From Myxococcota bacterium (lineage in GTDB: Bacteria; Myxococcota_A; SURF-8): DNA of 64,000 nucleotides. The notes under the pieces were generated by a model. That model worked only from the letters and a program-made list of their open reading frames with translations, made no database searches and had not been told where the DNA came from. Shown here one piece after another: positions 19,840 to 31,038 of this stretch (position 1 is its first letter; the number at the start of each line of letters is the position of its first letter). A program made the translations under genes and the position numbers. The DNA lies in NCBI GenBank assembly GCA_963674735.2, contig CAXXQS010000002.1, positions 1,056,001 to 1,120,000 of the forward strand, given 5' to 3'.

Positions 19840-22710
19840 TTATGCCCGCGCCTTTTTGCGCGGTTTGCGCGGTTTGCGCGGTTTCGATGTGCGATCTTTG
19901 AGCTTGGACTTCAGGAAGCTACCGGTGTAGCTGCGTTTGCAGGCCGCCACCTCTTCGGGCGTTCCGGCCGCCAGCACCGTCCCGCCGCCGTCGCCGCCCT
20001 CCGGTCCCAGGTCGATCAGGTAGTCCGCCGTTTTGATCACATCCAGGTTGTGCTCGATCACGATGACCGTATTGCCCGTTTCCACGAGTCGGTTCAACAC
20101 GTCGAGCAGCTTGTTGATGTCGTCGAAATGCAGGCCGGTGGTGGGTTCGTCCAGAATGTACACCGTGCGGCCGGTGCTGCGCTTGGACAACTCGCGCGCC
20201 AGCTTGATGCGCTGCGCCTCGCCGCCCGAAAGCGTCGTGGCCGCCTGCCCGACCGCGATGTAACCGAGCCCCACATCGCGCAGCAGCTTCAGCTTGTTGC
20301 GGATAATGGGCACGTTTTCGAAAAACTCGAAGGCCTGGTTGACCGTCATGCTCAAGACATCGCTGATGGTTTTGTTTTTGTAGCGCACTTCCAGAGTTTC
20401 GCGACTGTAGCGCTTGCCGCCGCACTGCTCGCAGGTGACGAACACATCCGGCAGAAAATGCATCTCGATGCGATTGACGCCCGCGCCTTCGCAAGCTTCG
20501 CAGCGCCCGCCCTTAACGTTGAAGGAAAAGCGTCCCGGCTTGTAACCGCGCGCCCGCGACTCGGGCAGTTGGGCGAACATTTCCCGGATGGGCGTAAACA
20601 CGTTGGTATAGGTGGCCGGATTGCTGCGCGGCGTGCGTCCGATGGGCGACTGATCGATGGCGATGACTTTATCCACATGCTCCACACCCACAAGCGAGGT
20701 GCAGTGGACCGTCCGTTTGCGGCGGCGCAGTTTTTGTTCCAGCGTCGGCTGCAGGGTATCCACCACCAGCGAACTTTTTCCCGATCCCGAAACCCCCGTG
20801 ACGCACACCAGCATGCCGAGCGGAAACTCGACCGCGATCTCCTTGAGGTTGTTGGCGTTGCAGCCTTTGAGCGCCAAGCGCCGGTTGTCGGGCTTGCGCC
20901 GCTTGGCGGGAAGAGGGATTTCCAGGTCGCCCGTCATGTAACGACCGGTCAGCGATTTTTTGCAGGCCTTGATTTCCTTGGGCGTTCCCTGCACCACCAC
21001 TTCGCCGCCCCGCACACCGGCCCCCGGACCCATGTCCACCACATGATCGGCGGCCAGAATCGTGTCTTCGTCGTGCTCCACCACGATGACCGTGTTTCCC
21101 AGATCACGCAGATTCAACAGGGTTTTCAGCAAACGATCGTTGTCGCGCTGATGCAGCCCGATGGAAGGTTCGTCCAGAATGTACAGCACCCCCACCAGCG
21201 AGGAGCCGATCTGGGTGGCCAGACGAATGCGCTGGCTTTCGCCGCCGGAGAGCGTGGCCGAGGCGCGGTCGAGGCTCAGGTAGTCGAGACCGACGTCGTT
21301 TAGAAAGCCCAGCCGCTCGCGAATTTCCTTCAAGAGCCGCTCGGCGATCACCAACTCGCGCGGGGTCAATTCAAGGCTACTGAAAAACGCCAGGCTGTCA
21401 CGCAGGGTATGGCGGGTCAACTCGATGATGTTTTTGCCCGCCATTTTCACGCTCAAGGCCTCGGGGCGCAGGCGATTGCCGTGGCAGGTCGGGCAGAGCT
21501 GGTAATTCATGTAGCGTTGCAGCTCTTCGCGCACGCCTTCCGACTGCGTTTCACGGTAGCGCCGCTCCAGGTTGGGAATCACTCCCTCGAAGGGACGCAT
21601 GTAGCTGTAGTGGGAATCCTCGCCCTCGTGGTCGAACAGAATTTCGCGGTCCTGGGTGCCGGTGAAAATCGCCGTCTGGACTTTCTTGGGCAGCTTTTTA
21701 AACGGCGTGTTCATCGACACCCCGAAATCGCGCGCCACCGATTCCAGCATGAACGCGTAGTAGTAACCGGTCCGTGAACTCCACGGAGACACCGCCCCCT
21801 GGTTCATGCTCAATTCGTCGTTGGGCACCACCAACTCGGGATCGAAGTACATCTTCATGCCCAAGCCGTGGCAGTCGGGACACGCGCCGGTGGGATTGTT
21901 GAAGGAAAACAGGCGCGGCGAGATTTCGGGATAGCTGATGCCGCAATCGGCGCAGCCGAAGCGTTCGGAAAAGGTGATCGATTCGCCCTCGGGCGTCTCC
22001 ACCGTCGCCACGCCGTCCGCCAGCGACAAAGCCAGCTCGAAGCTTTCGGCCATGCGCCCGGCGATGCCGTCGCGCACCACCAGACGATCCACCAGAATTT
22101 CGATCGTGTGCTTCTTTTTACGGTCGAGCTGGGGAATCTCCTCCGAGAGATCGTGGGCGACGCCATCCACCCGCGCGCGGATATAACCTTCGCGCAAAAA
22201 GCGCTCGAAATCCTTGCGGTATTCGCCCTTGCGCTCGCGCACCACCGGGGCGTAAAGCAGGATCTTGGAGCCTTCGGTCATGCGCAGCACCTGGTCGGCC
22301 ATCTGCTGCACCGTCATGCGTTCGATCGGCTTTCCGCAGTTATAGCAGAACGGTTGCCCCACACGGGCGAACAACAGGCGGAAGTGATCGTAAATCTCGG
22401 TCACGGTGGCCACCGTCGAACGCGGATTTTTGCTGGCGGTTTTCTGCTCGATGGAAATGGCCGGGCTCAAGCCCTCGATGCTGTCCACATCGGGTTTGTT
22501 CATCTGTTCGAGGAACTGCCGCGCATAGGCCGACAGGGATTCGACGTACCGCCGTTGCCCCTCGGCGTAAAGCGTATCGAAAGCCAGCGAACTTTTGCCC
22601 GACCCCGACAAGCCGGTGATGACGATGAAACGGTTGCGTGGCAAGGCCAGAGAAATATTCTTCAGGTTGTGCTCGCGCGCACCCTGTATGACGATCTGTT
22701 TATCCGACAT
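19840..22710 (-). CDS. uvrA: Excinuclease ABC subunit A
   Basis: [22 protein letters not shown], two LSGGE signatures, Zn fingers. Confidence 0.98.
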   Translation of the reverse strand: MSDKQIVIQGAREHNLKNISLALPRNRFIVITGLSGSGKSSLAFDTLYAEGQRRYVESLSAYARQFLEQMNKPDVDSIEGLSPAISIEQKTASKNPRSTVATVTEIYDHFRLLFARVGQPFCYNCGKPIERMTVQQMADQVLRMTEGSKILLYAPVVRERKGEYRKDFERFLREGYIRARVDGVAHDLSEEIPQLDRKKKHTIEILVDRLVVRDGIAGRMAESFELALSLADGVATVETPEGESITFSERFGCADCGISYPEISPRLFSFNNPTGACPDCHGLGMKMYFDPELVVPNDELSMNQGAVSPWSSRTGYYYAFMLESVARDFGVSMNTPFKKLPKKVQTAIFTGTQDREILFDHEGEDSHYSYMRPFEGVIPNLERRYRETQSEGVREELQRYMNYQLCPTCHGNRLRPEALSVKMAGKNIIELTRHTLRDSLAFFSSLELTPRELVIAERLLKEIRERLGFLNDVGLDYLSLDRASATLSGGESQRIRLATQIGSSLVGVLYILDEPSIGLHQRDNDRLLKTLLNLRDLGNTVIVVEHDEDTILAADHVVDMGPGAGVRGGEVVVQGTPKEIKACKKSLTGRYMTGDLEIPLPAKRRKPDNRRLALKGCNANNLKEIAVEFPLGMLVCVTGVSGSGKSSLVVDTLQPTLEQKLRRRKRTVHCTSLVGVEHVDKVIAIDQSPIGRTPRSNPATYTNVFTPIREMFAQLPESRARGYKPGRFSFNVKGGRCEACEGAGVNRIEMHFLPDVFVTCEQCGGKRYSRETLEVRYKNKTISDVLSMTVNQAFEFFENVPIIRNKLKLLRDVGLGYIAVGQAATTLSGGEAQRIKLARELSKRSTGRTVYILDEPTTGLHFDDINKLLDVLNRLVETGNTVIVIEHNLDVIKTADYLIDLGPEGGDGGGTVLAAGTPEEVAACKRSYTGSFLKSKLKDRTSKPRKPRKPRKKARA

Positions 22711-22746
22711 CCTGTCTGTACTCCGATTCGCGGGGATGGCTCAGCC

Positions 22747-23802
22747 TCAGGGGGTTTCGATAGCCGCGCGGCGCTGTTCGGCGGATTTGGCCAGGCGGTG
22801 CCTCCGTTTTACGGCCAAAGACGCGGCCAAGTCGATGGCTTTTATCATACTCTTTTCCGAGGCGCGGCCTCGCCCGGCGATATCGTAGGCGGTGCCGTGC
22901 TCGGGGGCGGTGCGGATGATGGGGAGACCCAGCGTGACGTTGACGCCGTAGCCGAAATCGATCAGGCGAAACGCGATCTGTCCCTGATCGTGGTACATGC
23001 ACACAACGGCGTCGAATTGGCCGTCGCGCGCGCGCGGGAAAACCGTGTCGGCGGGGTGCGGACCGGTGACGTGGATGCCTTCTTCCAGCGCGGCTTGTAT
23101 GGCCGGCGCGATGATGGCGCTTTCCTCTTCGCCGAACAGACCGCTTTCTCCGGCATGCGGATTCAACGCACAAACCGCCAAGTGGGGGGCGGAGATCTCG
23201 AAATCGCGACGCAAAGCCTGGTGGGTGATGCGAATGGCGTTGAGCACCCGTTCGACCGTCAACGTGGCCGCCACCTCGCGTAGCGGGATATGGCTGGTGA
23301 CGCGCACCAGGCGCAGGTGGTCACCCAGCATCATGGCGACGCTGTGATCGGCCAGCGTGTAGGCCTTGAGCATTTCGGTGTGGCTGGAATAATTGTAACC
23401 GGCCTGATTGAGCATGGCTTTGTTGATGGGACCGGTTACCAGCGCTTCCACGTGTCCGCCCACGGCATACTCGGCCGCCTTGACGATATAAAAGGTGCTG
23501 ATCAATCCCAGGTCGGTGCGGGAAACACCGAAATGGAAGGTATCGAGCTTGATGTTGGACAGCCCGATCAGGTTGGGGCGTCCGGCCTCGGCCTCGTGCG
23601 GCTCGTGAATCTGCTGGCAATGGCACGATAAGCCCAACTCCCGCCGCAACTTCTGCATCACGCCCGGATCGCCCAGCACGATGGGGATGCAACGTTCGTA
23701 TAAATCGGAATGCGAGAGGGCACGCAACACGATCTCCGGACCGATCCCGGCCGGATCTCCCATGGTAATCGCCAGTTTGGGAAGGGTGTCGGTCTCGCTC
23801 AT
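22747..23802 (-). CDS. pdxA: 4-hydroxythreonine-4-phosphate dehydrogenase
   Basis: ITMGDPAGIGPE, LNPHAGE, MYHDQG, VNVTLGLPIIRT, HGTAYDIAG. Confidence 0.95.
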   Translation of the reverse strand: MSETDTLPKLAITMGDPAGIGPEIVLRALSHSDLYERCIPIVLGDPGVMQKLRRELGLSCHCQQIHEPHEAEAGRPNLIGLSNIKLDTFHFGVSRTDLGLISTFYIVKAAEYAVGGHVEALVTGPINKAMLNQAGYNYSSHTEMLKAYTLADHSVAMMLGDHLRLVRVTSHIPLREVAATLTVERVLNAIRITHQALRRDFEISAPHLAVCALNPHAGESGLFGEEESAIIAPAIQAALEEGIHVTGPHPADTVFPRARDGQFDAVVCMYHDQGQIAFRLIDFGYGVNVTLGLPIIRTAPEHGTAYDIAGRGRASEKSMIKAIDLAASLAVKRRHRLAKSAEQRRAAIETP

Positions 23803-23811
23803 GGCTACTCC

Positions 23812-24840
23812 TTATTCAGGGGTGTCGGCTTCGACGGCAACCGGTTCCACTTCCTGCGGAGGCCGGTCGAACTTGATATCCACGTAAGCCTTGCCGCGCA
23901 GTTGCTTGAGCCAGACGGCCATCTCCCGTTGCATGGCTTCTTCGCGCAGCCGTTGGCGAATGTCGCTTTTCGCTTCGTCGACACCACCGCTGACCACTTC
24001 GCGCTTTTCGGTAAGGCGGATAATGTGATAGCCGAAAGGACTGCGCACCACACCGCTGGTTTCACCCTCCGAGAGAGCGAGCACGGTGTCTTCAAACGCT
24101 TTGACCATCACGCCTTCTCTGAAGAAACCCAGATCGCCGCCGAAACGCGCGGTCGGGCCTTCCGACAGTTCCTTTGCCAGTTGGGAAAACGCTTCTCCCG
24201 CCTTCAAACGCTCGAGGGTTTCCTCGGCGCGCGTCCGCTGGGCCGCGTCGCGCGCGGGGGAATCGTCGGCGGCCACACGAAACAGAATGTGGCTGGCGCG
24301 GTATTCGTACTCGCTTTCCTGGCTGTCCTTTTCCTTTTCGTAGGTCAGTTCCACTTCGGCATCGGAAATCTTGATGCGGTTGCCCACTTTCGCATTGATG
24401 AACTGCCATTTCTCCAGTTGCTTGCGGACTTCGCCCCGATACTTGGTCCACTCGATACCCTGCTGTTTAAGCGCCTCTTTGAGCGTGTCCTGGTCGGGGA
24501 TGTTGTTCTGTTTCATCACCCGCTCGATGGCGCCGTCCACCTCGCGCTCGGAAACGCTGAAGTTCAGCTCCTTCATCTGCTGCTGCAAAAGCTTGTCTTC
24601 GATGAGCGAATCCACCACTTTCGTGTGGATTTCCTTTTCCTTGGCGGTGCGCCGGTCGGGATCCCGGATCCCCACCAGCATGCTGCGGTAGCTGCGCGCC
24701 ACCTCCTCCACCTCGGAGAGCAGAATGATGTCGTCGTTGACGATCGCCGCAATACGCTCCACCACCTCGGCAGAGGCGGGAGCGGATAAAAAGCCCAGCC
24801 CGATAATCAGGCAGGCAATCAGACAAAAGATACGTGTCAT
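23812..24840 (-). CDS. surA: SurA-like chaperone / parvulin PPIase
   Basis: VERIAAIVNDDIIL SurA N-domain; ASHIL..GGDLG..SPFGYHII rotamase. Confidence 0.8.
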   Translation of the reverse strand: MTRIFCLIACLIIGLGFLSAPASAEVVERIAAIVNDDIILLSEVEEVARSYRSMLVGIRDPDRRTAKEKEIHTKVVDSLIEDKLLQQQMKELNFSVSEREVDGAIERVMKQNNIPDQDTLKEALKQQGIEWTKYRGEVRKQLEKWQFINAKVGNRIKISDAEVELTYEKEKDSQESEYEYRASHILFRVAADDSPARDAAQRTRAEETLERLKAGEAFSQLAKELSEGPTARFGGDLGFFREGVMVKAFEDTVLALSEGETSGVVRSPFGYHIIRLTEKREVVSGGVDEAKSDIRQRLREEAMQREMAVWLKQLRGKAYVDIKFDRPPQEVEPVAVEADTPE

Positions 24841-25808
24841 GGGGCGAAAGTCTCCTTGCTTTGGAAAGCCGGATTGAGTTTGATGGTCGTTCGACGGCGC
24901 AGGCTCTCGATCAGGTTCCGCTCGGCCTCTTGCTTCTTGAGAGCGAAAAGATCGCGTCTGGCCAGCCGCCGCATGCTATCCGCATCGGGCAAGCGGGCGG
25001 GCCGATGGTCGGTAATGAGAAAGACATGATACCCATAGCTGCTCTTGATCGGTTTGGAAATCACGCCGCGCGGCAGTTCGAACACAAGCTCACCGAACGG
25101 ATCGGGCAGGCTGCCGCGATGGACATGCCCCAGATCACCGCCGCGGTCCCGCTCGGGCATGATCGACAGCTCACTGGCCACTTTATGGAAGGGTTCGCCG
25201 CGATAGATGCGCCGCCGAGCCGCATCGGCTTCATCTTCGGTGGCAACCACGATCTGCCGCACCCAGACGGTCTCGGGCTGCTTATAGCGCTCGCCCTGCG
25301 TTTCCAGAAAGTTCGTAAGCTCATCATCCTTGATCAGGATACGCGGGTAAACGTCGTGGGAGAACAGGTTTTCCACGCGCAGCAGGTTTTCCATGCGCGG
25401 GGTCAGCACGGCCGGATCGACGATGGTTTCGGCAGCCGCCCCATCCGGCTCGTCGCGCTTCAAACCGCTCAGCAGGTCGGCCACTCGCTCTTGTACCTCT
25501 TCAGGCGCCACGACGATATGGCGGCGACGCGCTTCGGCGAGCAGGACGGCCCGGTCGACCAGATCGTCCAGCACCGATCGTTCCATACGCACGCGCTCGG
25601 GGGTTCCGGCTTCGGGTTGTAATGTGTCGCCGCTGAGCAGGCGTATTTCCAGATCGAGATCCTGCCGGGTGAGGGTCGTGTCGTCGACCCGCGCCAGCCA
25701 GTCCTCCGGAATATCCGCCGAACCCGTTTCGCAGGCAACCAGGCATAAAACCCAGCCACCCATCAGGCTCAGGCCGATCCCCCGCATCAAGCGGCGATAA
25801 ATAGTCAT
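24837..25808 (-). CDS. Parvulin-type peptidyl-prolyl isomerase, lipoprotein
   Basis: LVAC lipobox; RQIVV..GGDLG..SSYGYHVF. Confidence 0.85.
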   Translation of the reverse strand: MTIYRRLMRGIGLSLMGGWVLCLVACETGSADIPEDWLARVDDTTLTRQDLDLEIRLLSGDTLQPEAGTPERVRMERSVLDDLVDRAVLLAEARRRHIVVAPEEVQERVADLLSGLKRDEPDGAAAETIVDPAVLTPRMENLLRVENLFSHDVYPRILIKDDELTNFLETQGERYKQPETVWVRQIVVATEDEADAARRRIYRGEPFHKVASELSIMPERDRGGDLGHVHRGSLPDPFGELVFELPRGVISKPIKSSYGYHVFLITDHRPARLPDADSMRRLARRDLFALKKQEAERNLIESLRRRTTIKLNPAFQSKETFAP

Positions 25809-25881
25809 CGTTCCCTAAATATCAAGGGCCCGTCGCAATCGACGGGCCCGAATGTGTGAAATCATCGGACCGCGTCAGCCA

Positions 25882-26943
25882 TCAGTTGCCTTTCGCGGGA
25901 ACTGCGTCGGCCTCTTCGGCTTCCTCTTCACCCGGTCGGGCGGGCTTGCTGCCGGGAACGACATACGCATCCAGAGTAGCTTCTTTGACATCGATCGCGG
26001 CTTTTTCCTTCAAGCCATCGATGAAATCGTCGAACATCTTCGTGCGTTTGTCCTTGAACAGACGGTGCTGAATTTGTCCCTTCACCTGCTCGAAGCTGCG
26101 CTCGATCTTATCGCGTTTGCCGGTAAGGCGAATGATGTGGAAACCGAACTTGGATCTTACCGGACCGGTCAGATCGTTGATTTTTCCCATTTTGAACACG
26201 GCCTCGGAAAATTCTTTGACCATGGGACCGCCATCTTCCGTAGACGCGAAATAGCCCAGGTCGCCGCCGCGATTTTTGTTGCTGTCGTCGTTGCTGTATT
26301 TGGCCGCCAGCTTACGGAAGGAGTTGGGCTCCTTTTCCTTGCCTTTGGCTTCCTTCAGGATTTTCAGCGCTTTTTGGCGGGCTTCTTTTTCCGCCTTGGG
26401 TCCGGCGGCCTCATCCACCTTCACCAGAATGTGACTCGCGCGCCGCATGGCCGGTTTGTTGTATTCCGATTGGTGTTCCTCGTAGTACTTGCGCATTTCG
26501 TCGTCGGTGATATCTTCCCGGCGCACCTTGTTCTCGAACTCTTCGCGCATCAGTTTTTGAGTCATCACCTGCTTGGCCGAGCGGATCACTTCCGGGTCGT
26601 TGGCATAGCCACGCGCGGCCGCGGCCTGGGCCAGCAGTTCGAAACGCACCATGTTATCGAGGAATTCTTTTTTCTTTTCCAGGTCGGCATAGCGGGCACG
26701 AATGTAGGGAGATTGCTTCTCCATACGGTCTTTGTAATCATCCAGGTAAATCGGCGAGCCGTTCACCGTGGCCAGCACCTCACCGCTGCCACCGGTCAAC
26801 ATCCAGTCGGGAAGCCCGGAGGCACCGGTTTGGGGCTTCGAGGGCGAATCACCGCTACCGGATTGCTGCGAGCAGGCCGCCGTCAGACCGACAATCAACA
26901 TCAGTCCCATTGCCACCAGAAGCGCCTTTTTCAACATCCTCAT
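25882..26943 (-). CDS. Parvulin-type peptidyl-prolyl isomerase (PrsA-like), lipoprotein
   Basis: TAAC lipobox; RASHILVK..GGDLGYF..SKFGFHII. Confidence 0.88.
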   Translation of the reverse strand: MRMLKKALLVAMGLMLIVGLTAACSQQSGSGDSPSKPQTGASGLPDWMLTGGSGEVLATVNGSPIYLDDYKDRMEKQSPYIRARYADLEKKKEFLDNMVRFELLAQAAAARGYANDPEVIRSAKQVMTQKLMREEFENKVRREDITDDEMRKYYEEHQSEYNKPAMRRASHILVKVDEAAGPKAEKEARQKALKILKEAKGKEKEPNSFRKLAAKYSNDDSNKNRGGDLGYFASTEDGGPMVKEFSEAVFKMGKINDLTGPVRSKFGFHIIRLTGKRDKIERSFEQVKGQIQHRLFKDKRTKMFDDFIDGLKEKAAIDVKEATLDAYVVPGSKPARPGEEEAEEADAVPAKGN

Positions 26944-26987
26944 CTCCTTCCGATTGATCGTCATACGGGGGCTTGAGTTTTCCCCAA

Positions 26988-29900
26988 TTAGTTAAAATCA
27001 TGGGGGTTTTTGTTAGCATAACCCGCCAGCTCTTGCAAGATGTTTTTTGCCGCCATAATGGGCTCGGCCAACTCCGGCCCCGCGAAGCGACACGCCAGTT
27101 TCATGTCCGGCGTCAGACGGAAGCGCCGAGGGTCGCGCGTAACCATTCCCACCGCCACATCGGGGTCGAGAACACAAGCTTCGCCCAGATTGACCGACAT
27201 GCGCGCAGGCGTCAAGTCGATTCCCTCGGCGTTGATCTGTCGCAGCAGAATTTTCAACTCGATGGCCCGCACGAGGTGCTGGGCCTCGACGGGCGGACGC
27301 CCGAAGCGGTCTTCCATTTCCTCGCGGATCTCCAAGAGCGCTTCCTCGGAAGCGGAAGACGATAAACGCTTGTAAAAATGCAGCCTTTGGGCGGTATCGG
27401 GGATGTAGGTATTGGGCAGAAAGGCCGCCAGGTGCAGGTTGATCTGGGGTTCCACCTGGTTTCTGGCTGCCTCACCCTTGAGTTCGCGTACCGCCTCCTC
27501 GATCAATTCCAGGTACAAATCGATCCCCACGGCGGTAATCTGCCCGGATTGCTGTTTGCCCAGAATGTTGCCCGCACCCCGGATTTCCAGGTCGTGCGTA
27601 GCGATACGGAACCCCGATCCCAGTTCGGTATGACGCATCAGAGCCGCCAGCCGCTTCTGGGCATCCTTGGTGAGATTATCCGGGGACGGCACCAGCAGAT
27701 AGGCGTAGGCTCGCTCCTTGCCGCGTCCGACGCGGCCGCGTAGCTGATAGAGCTGGGCCAGACCGAAGGTATCGGCACGGTTGACGATCATGGTGTTGAC
27801 GCTCGGGATATCGATCCCCGACTCGATGATGGTGGTGCTCACGAGCACGTTGGTGCGGCGCTGGATGAAGTCGAGCATCACGCTTTCGAGCTGGTGCTCG
27901 CTCATCTGACCATGGGCGACCGAGACGCGCGCCTGGGGCACGAGCCGCTTGATCAGCGTGGCCATGGCCCCGATCGAACCGATGCGATTGTGGATGAAAT
28001 AAACCTGCCCGCCGCGCCTCAATTCGGCGGCCACCGCCTCGCCGATGACTTCCTCGTCGAATTTCGAGATGAAGGTGCGGATGGACAGGCGGTCGTTGGG
28101 CGGGGTTTTGATGACGGAAATATCCCGCACCCCCGAAAACGCCATATTGAGCGTTCTGGGAATGGGAGTGGCCGTGAGCGTGAGGACATCCACGTTCTTG
28201 CGCATGGCCTTGATGCGCTCCTTGTGGGCGACGCCGAAACGCTGCTCCTCGTCCACCACCAGCAGGCCCAGATCGGCGAATTCCATATCCTTGGACAAAA
28301 TCCGGTGAGTCCCGATGATGATGTCGATCTTGCCCTCTTTGAGCTTTTTCAACGACTCGCGCTGTTGCTTGGCCGTTTTGAAGCGCGAAATGGAATCGAT
28401 AACGACCGGGTAGTCCTTGAAGCGTTCGGTGAAGGTTTCGGCATGCTGAAGGGCCAAAACGGTGGTGGGGACCAATACCGCCACCTGCTTGTTGTCGAGC
28501 GCGGCTTTCATGGCGGCGCGGATGGCGACTTCGGTCTTGCCGAAGCCCACGTCGCCGCAGACCAGCCGGTCCATCGCCTTGGGCTTCTGCATGTCGCGCA
28601 AAACCTCTTTGATGGCGCGTTCCTGGTCCGGGGTTTCCTCGTAGGGGAAAGTGGCTTCGAACTCGTGAAAATAGCTGTCGGGGGACGAAAAGGCGTGGCC
28701 CATGGTGATCTTACGGGCCGCGTAAAGCTTGAGCAACTCTTCGGCCATTTCGCGAATCGCGGCTTTGACACGCGCTTTAAGTTTGAGCCAGCGCGTACCG
28801 CCCATGCGGTCGAGTTGCGGAATCGCCCCTTCGGCGGAGGAATACTTCTGGACCTTGTCAAGCCGGGTGACGGGCAGGTAAAGCTTGTCGCCGGCCAGGT
28901 ATTCGATGTACAGGTAATCGTTGACCGCGCCCCCCGCTTCCAGTTGCTCAAGCCCGCGATAAACACCCACCCCGAACTCGATATGGACGATGAAATCGCC
29001 CTCGTTGATATCGTCCAGGCTGGTGAGAAAGGCCTCTTTGTCCAGGGAAACGGTTTTGGCGCGCCGTCGTTTGCGTTCACCGAAGATCTCTTCTTCGCAC
29101 AGGAAAACGGCTTTTTCAGCGGGCCATATTTGTCCGCGCCGCAGGGGACCGACCACCAGGTTGACCTGGTCGTTGTGGACATCCGAGACGTCGCGCCAGA
29201 CTTCGGGAAAGGGCTTGTCCCAGCGCAGCAGGCGTAACCGATGGGGTTCGAGCAGATCGCGCAGACGATCGGCCTGGGGCTCGGTATTGGCGACCAGAAA
29301 GACTTTGTAACCCTGCTCGACCCAGTTTTGGAAACGCCGGATCAACGGCTCCAGCACTTCGGCCCGACCCCGCCGCAAGGAGAGTTCCTGCTTGAGTTCT
29401 TCGTGGTTGTCCCAGGCAAACTGCACCGCCGGTTCCCCGCCCCCCACACCGAAACGCAAATGGTACGACTCGACCCGTCCCATGTGCATGCGCCGGGCGG
29501 CCACATCCTCGGGCGGCAGGGTATACGCTTCCGGCGGCAGAAGCAGGTCGTCGTCCCGGTCCCGTTCTTCCCACTGAACCCGCAGGCGGTCGAAGTGCTG
29601 GACGAGAGCCGCGTCCACGGCCGCCGGGTTGTCGATCACCAAACGCGTATCGGCGGACAGATACGCAAACAGCGGGGCCATTTCCTCATAGAACAGGGGT
29701 AGATACGGATCGAGCTCGTGCGTGTAAAGCCCTTCGCGCAGATCGGTCAGCGCGTTCATCAGACGACGATCGAGACTGCCCTGGTCGCGGGCCAGTTTTT
29801 CGATCTTTTCGGCGCCACGCCGACGGATGCTTTCTTCCAGTACCACTTCGCGCACCGGCGGAATATAAGCCTCTTCCAGGTGTCGCCGCGATTTCTGGGT

Positions 29901-30566
29901 GGCGGGATCGAACAGGCGCAGCGATTCGAGGGTGTCGCCCAAGAACTCCAAGCGCAACGGATGGCTGTAAAGCGGTGAAAAGACATCGATAATGCCGCCG
30001 CGCGCCGAAAAAGTCCCCGGATCCTCCACGATGGGCGAAGTCACATAACCGCCCGCCGCCAGGTTGCGCAAGAGGTCATGCCGGTCGATATCGGCCCCCG
30101 CCAGAATGTACTCGGTGGCGGTTGTGAGAACCCGCTTGGGCAGGGTGCGGCGCATCAGGCCCCAGGCCGTGGTAATGACGATCGGGGGGCGGAAGGGTTG
30201 CGACAAACTATAGAGGGTGGCCAATCGCTCCATCAAACGCGCCCGCGAGGGCGTCAGTTTGCGGCTTTCATAGGGGCTCAATTCGTCGGGAAGCAAGGGG
30301 GCGACCAGACGTTCGCCCAGGAAATCCGGGTCGTCATCCTCACGGCCCAGAAAGAAACGTAAACTGCGCTGAAGCTCTCGGGCGTCCTCTTCTTCCGCCA
30401 CCACGACCAGCAGAGGATGGCCGGTCTGACGACGCAGGTCCGCCACGAGCGCCGCACGGGCGGGCCCCATCACCCCCTCCAACTCGATCGCCTGATCGAG
30501 CCAGCGTACCGGCAGAGCTTCTGTCACGGAAGACAGAAACGCCGGGCCGGTTTTGCGCGTATTCAT
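26988..30566 (-). CDS. mfd: Transcription-repair coupling factor
   Basis: GDVGFGKTEVA, DEEQRFGV, TATPIPRTL, QLRGRVGR, DLEIRGAGN. Confidence 0.97.
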   Translation of the reverse strand: MNTRKTGPAFLSSVTEALPVRWLDQAIELEGVMGPARAALVADLRRQTGHPLLVVVAEEEDARELQRSLRFFLGREDDDPDFLGERLVAPLLPDELSPYESRKLTPSRARLMERLATLYSLSQPFRPPIVITTAWGLMRRTLPKRVLTTATEYILAGADIDRHDLLRNLAAGGYVTSPIVEDPGTFSARGGIIDVFSPLYSHPLRLEFLGDTLESLRLFDPATQKSRRHLEEAYIPPVREVVLEESIRRRGAEKIEKLARDQGSLDRRLMNALTDLREGLYTHELDPYLPLFYEEMAPLFAYLSADTRLVIDNPAAVDAALVQHFDRLRVQWEERDRDDDLLLPPEAYTLPPEDVAARRMHMGRVESYHLRFGVGGGEPAVQFAWDNHEELKQELSLRRGRAEVLEPLIRRFQNWVEQGYKVFLVANTEPQADRLRDLLEPHRLRLLRWDKPFPEVWRDVSDVHNDQVNLVVGPLRRGQIWPAEKAVFLCEEEIFGERKRRRAKTVSLDKEAFLTSLDDINEGDFIVHIEFGVGVYRGLEQLEAGGAVNDYLYIEYLAGDKLYLPVTRLDKVQKYSSAEGAIPQLDRMGGTRWLKLKARVKAAIREMAEELLKLYAARKITMGHAFSSPDSYFHEFEATFPYEETPDQERAIKEVLRDMQKPKAMDRLVCGDVGFGKTEVAIRAAMKAALDNKQVAVLVPTTVLALQHAETFTERFKDYPVVIDSISRFKTAKQQRESLKKLKEGKIDIIIGTHRILSKDMEFADLGLLVVDEEQRFGVAHKERIKAMRKNVDVLTLTATPIPRTLNMAFSGVRDISVIKTPPNDRLSIRTFISKFDEEVIGEAVAAELRRGGQVYFIHNRIGSIGAMATLIKRLVPQARVSVAHGQMSEHQLESVMLDFIQRRTNVLVSTTIIESGIDIPSVNTMIVNRADTFGLAQLYQLRGRVGRGKERAYAYLLVPSPDNLTKDAQKRLAALMRHTELGSGFRIATHDLEIRGAGNILGKQQSGQITAVGIDLYLELIEEAVRELKGEAARNQVEPQINLHLAAFLPNTYIPDTAQRLHFYKRLSSSASEEALLEIREEMEDRFGRPPVEAQHLVRAIELKILLRQINAEGIDLTPARMSVNLGEACVLDPDVAVGMVTRDPRRFRLTPDMKLACRFAGPELAEPIMAAKNILQELAGYANKNPHDFN

Positions 30567-31038
30567 GGAAACTCCCTTGTCGATTTCGCGCAAATAGCCC
30601 TCCGGTTATAGAAAAGCACGGCGATGGTGTCAAGGTTGTTAGGGAAAGGCAGGGCGTTTCAATTCTGATTGAGTCTCGAATAATCTTCGATAGATGATGG
30701 GTGGCACGGGCTAAACCGTCAGGTTTGCCCGTGAAAACAGCATGGGCAAGCCAAAGGCTTGGCCCATGGCACCCCGTAAACCGAAGTATCGTGGGTGGAA
30801 AACGGTGAAAAGCTTAGAAGTGAAACGCCGTGGGGAAAAGAAGACGGGTTCGTGGATTCGCGGGGCTCCTGCGTGTTTTTTCCCTCTGCCTTTGCTGGAA
30901 CTGTTTTCATTTCAAGTATGACAACCATGTCGCAATTTTTCCAGGGCCACCTTGTTTTCCTTTACTTTTTTACCTAAGTCGGATAACGTTTGAGTCGTTG
31001 GTAGGACAATTATTTCATAAATATGAAGCGCGGGCAAA

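Noticed and set aside
19852-19885. 9-bp repeat at the uvrA 3' end
   Set aside because: Simply encodes a basic KPRKPRKPR tail.
14866-30566. uvrB, uvrA and mfd proximity as a novel repair island
   Set aside because: All are ordinary housekeeping genes, uvrB is on the opposite strand, and I found no shared operator.
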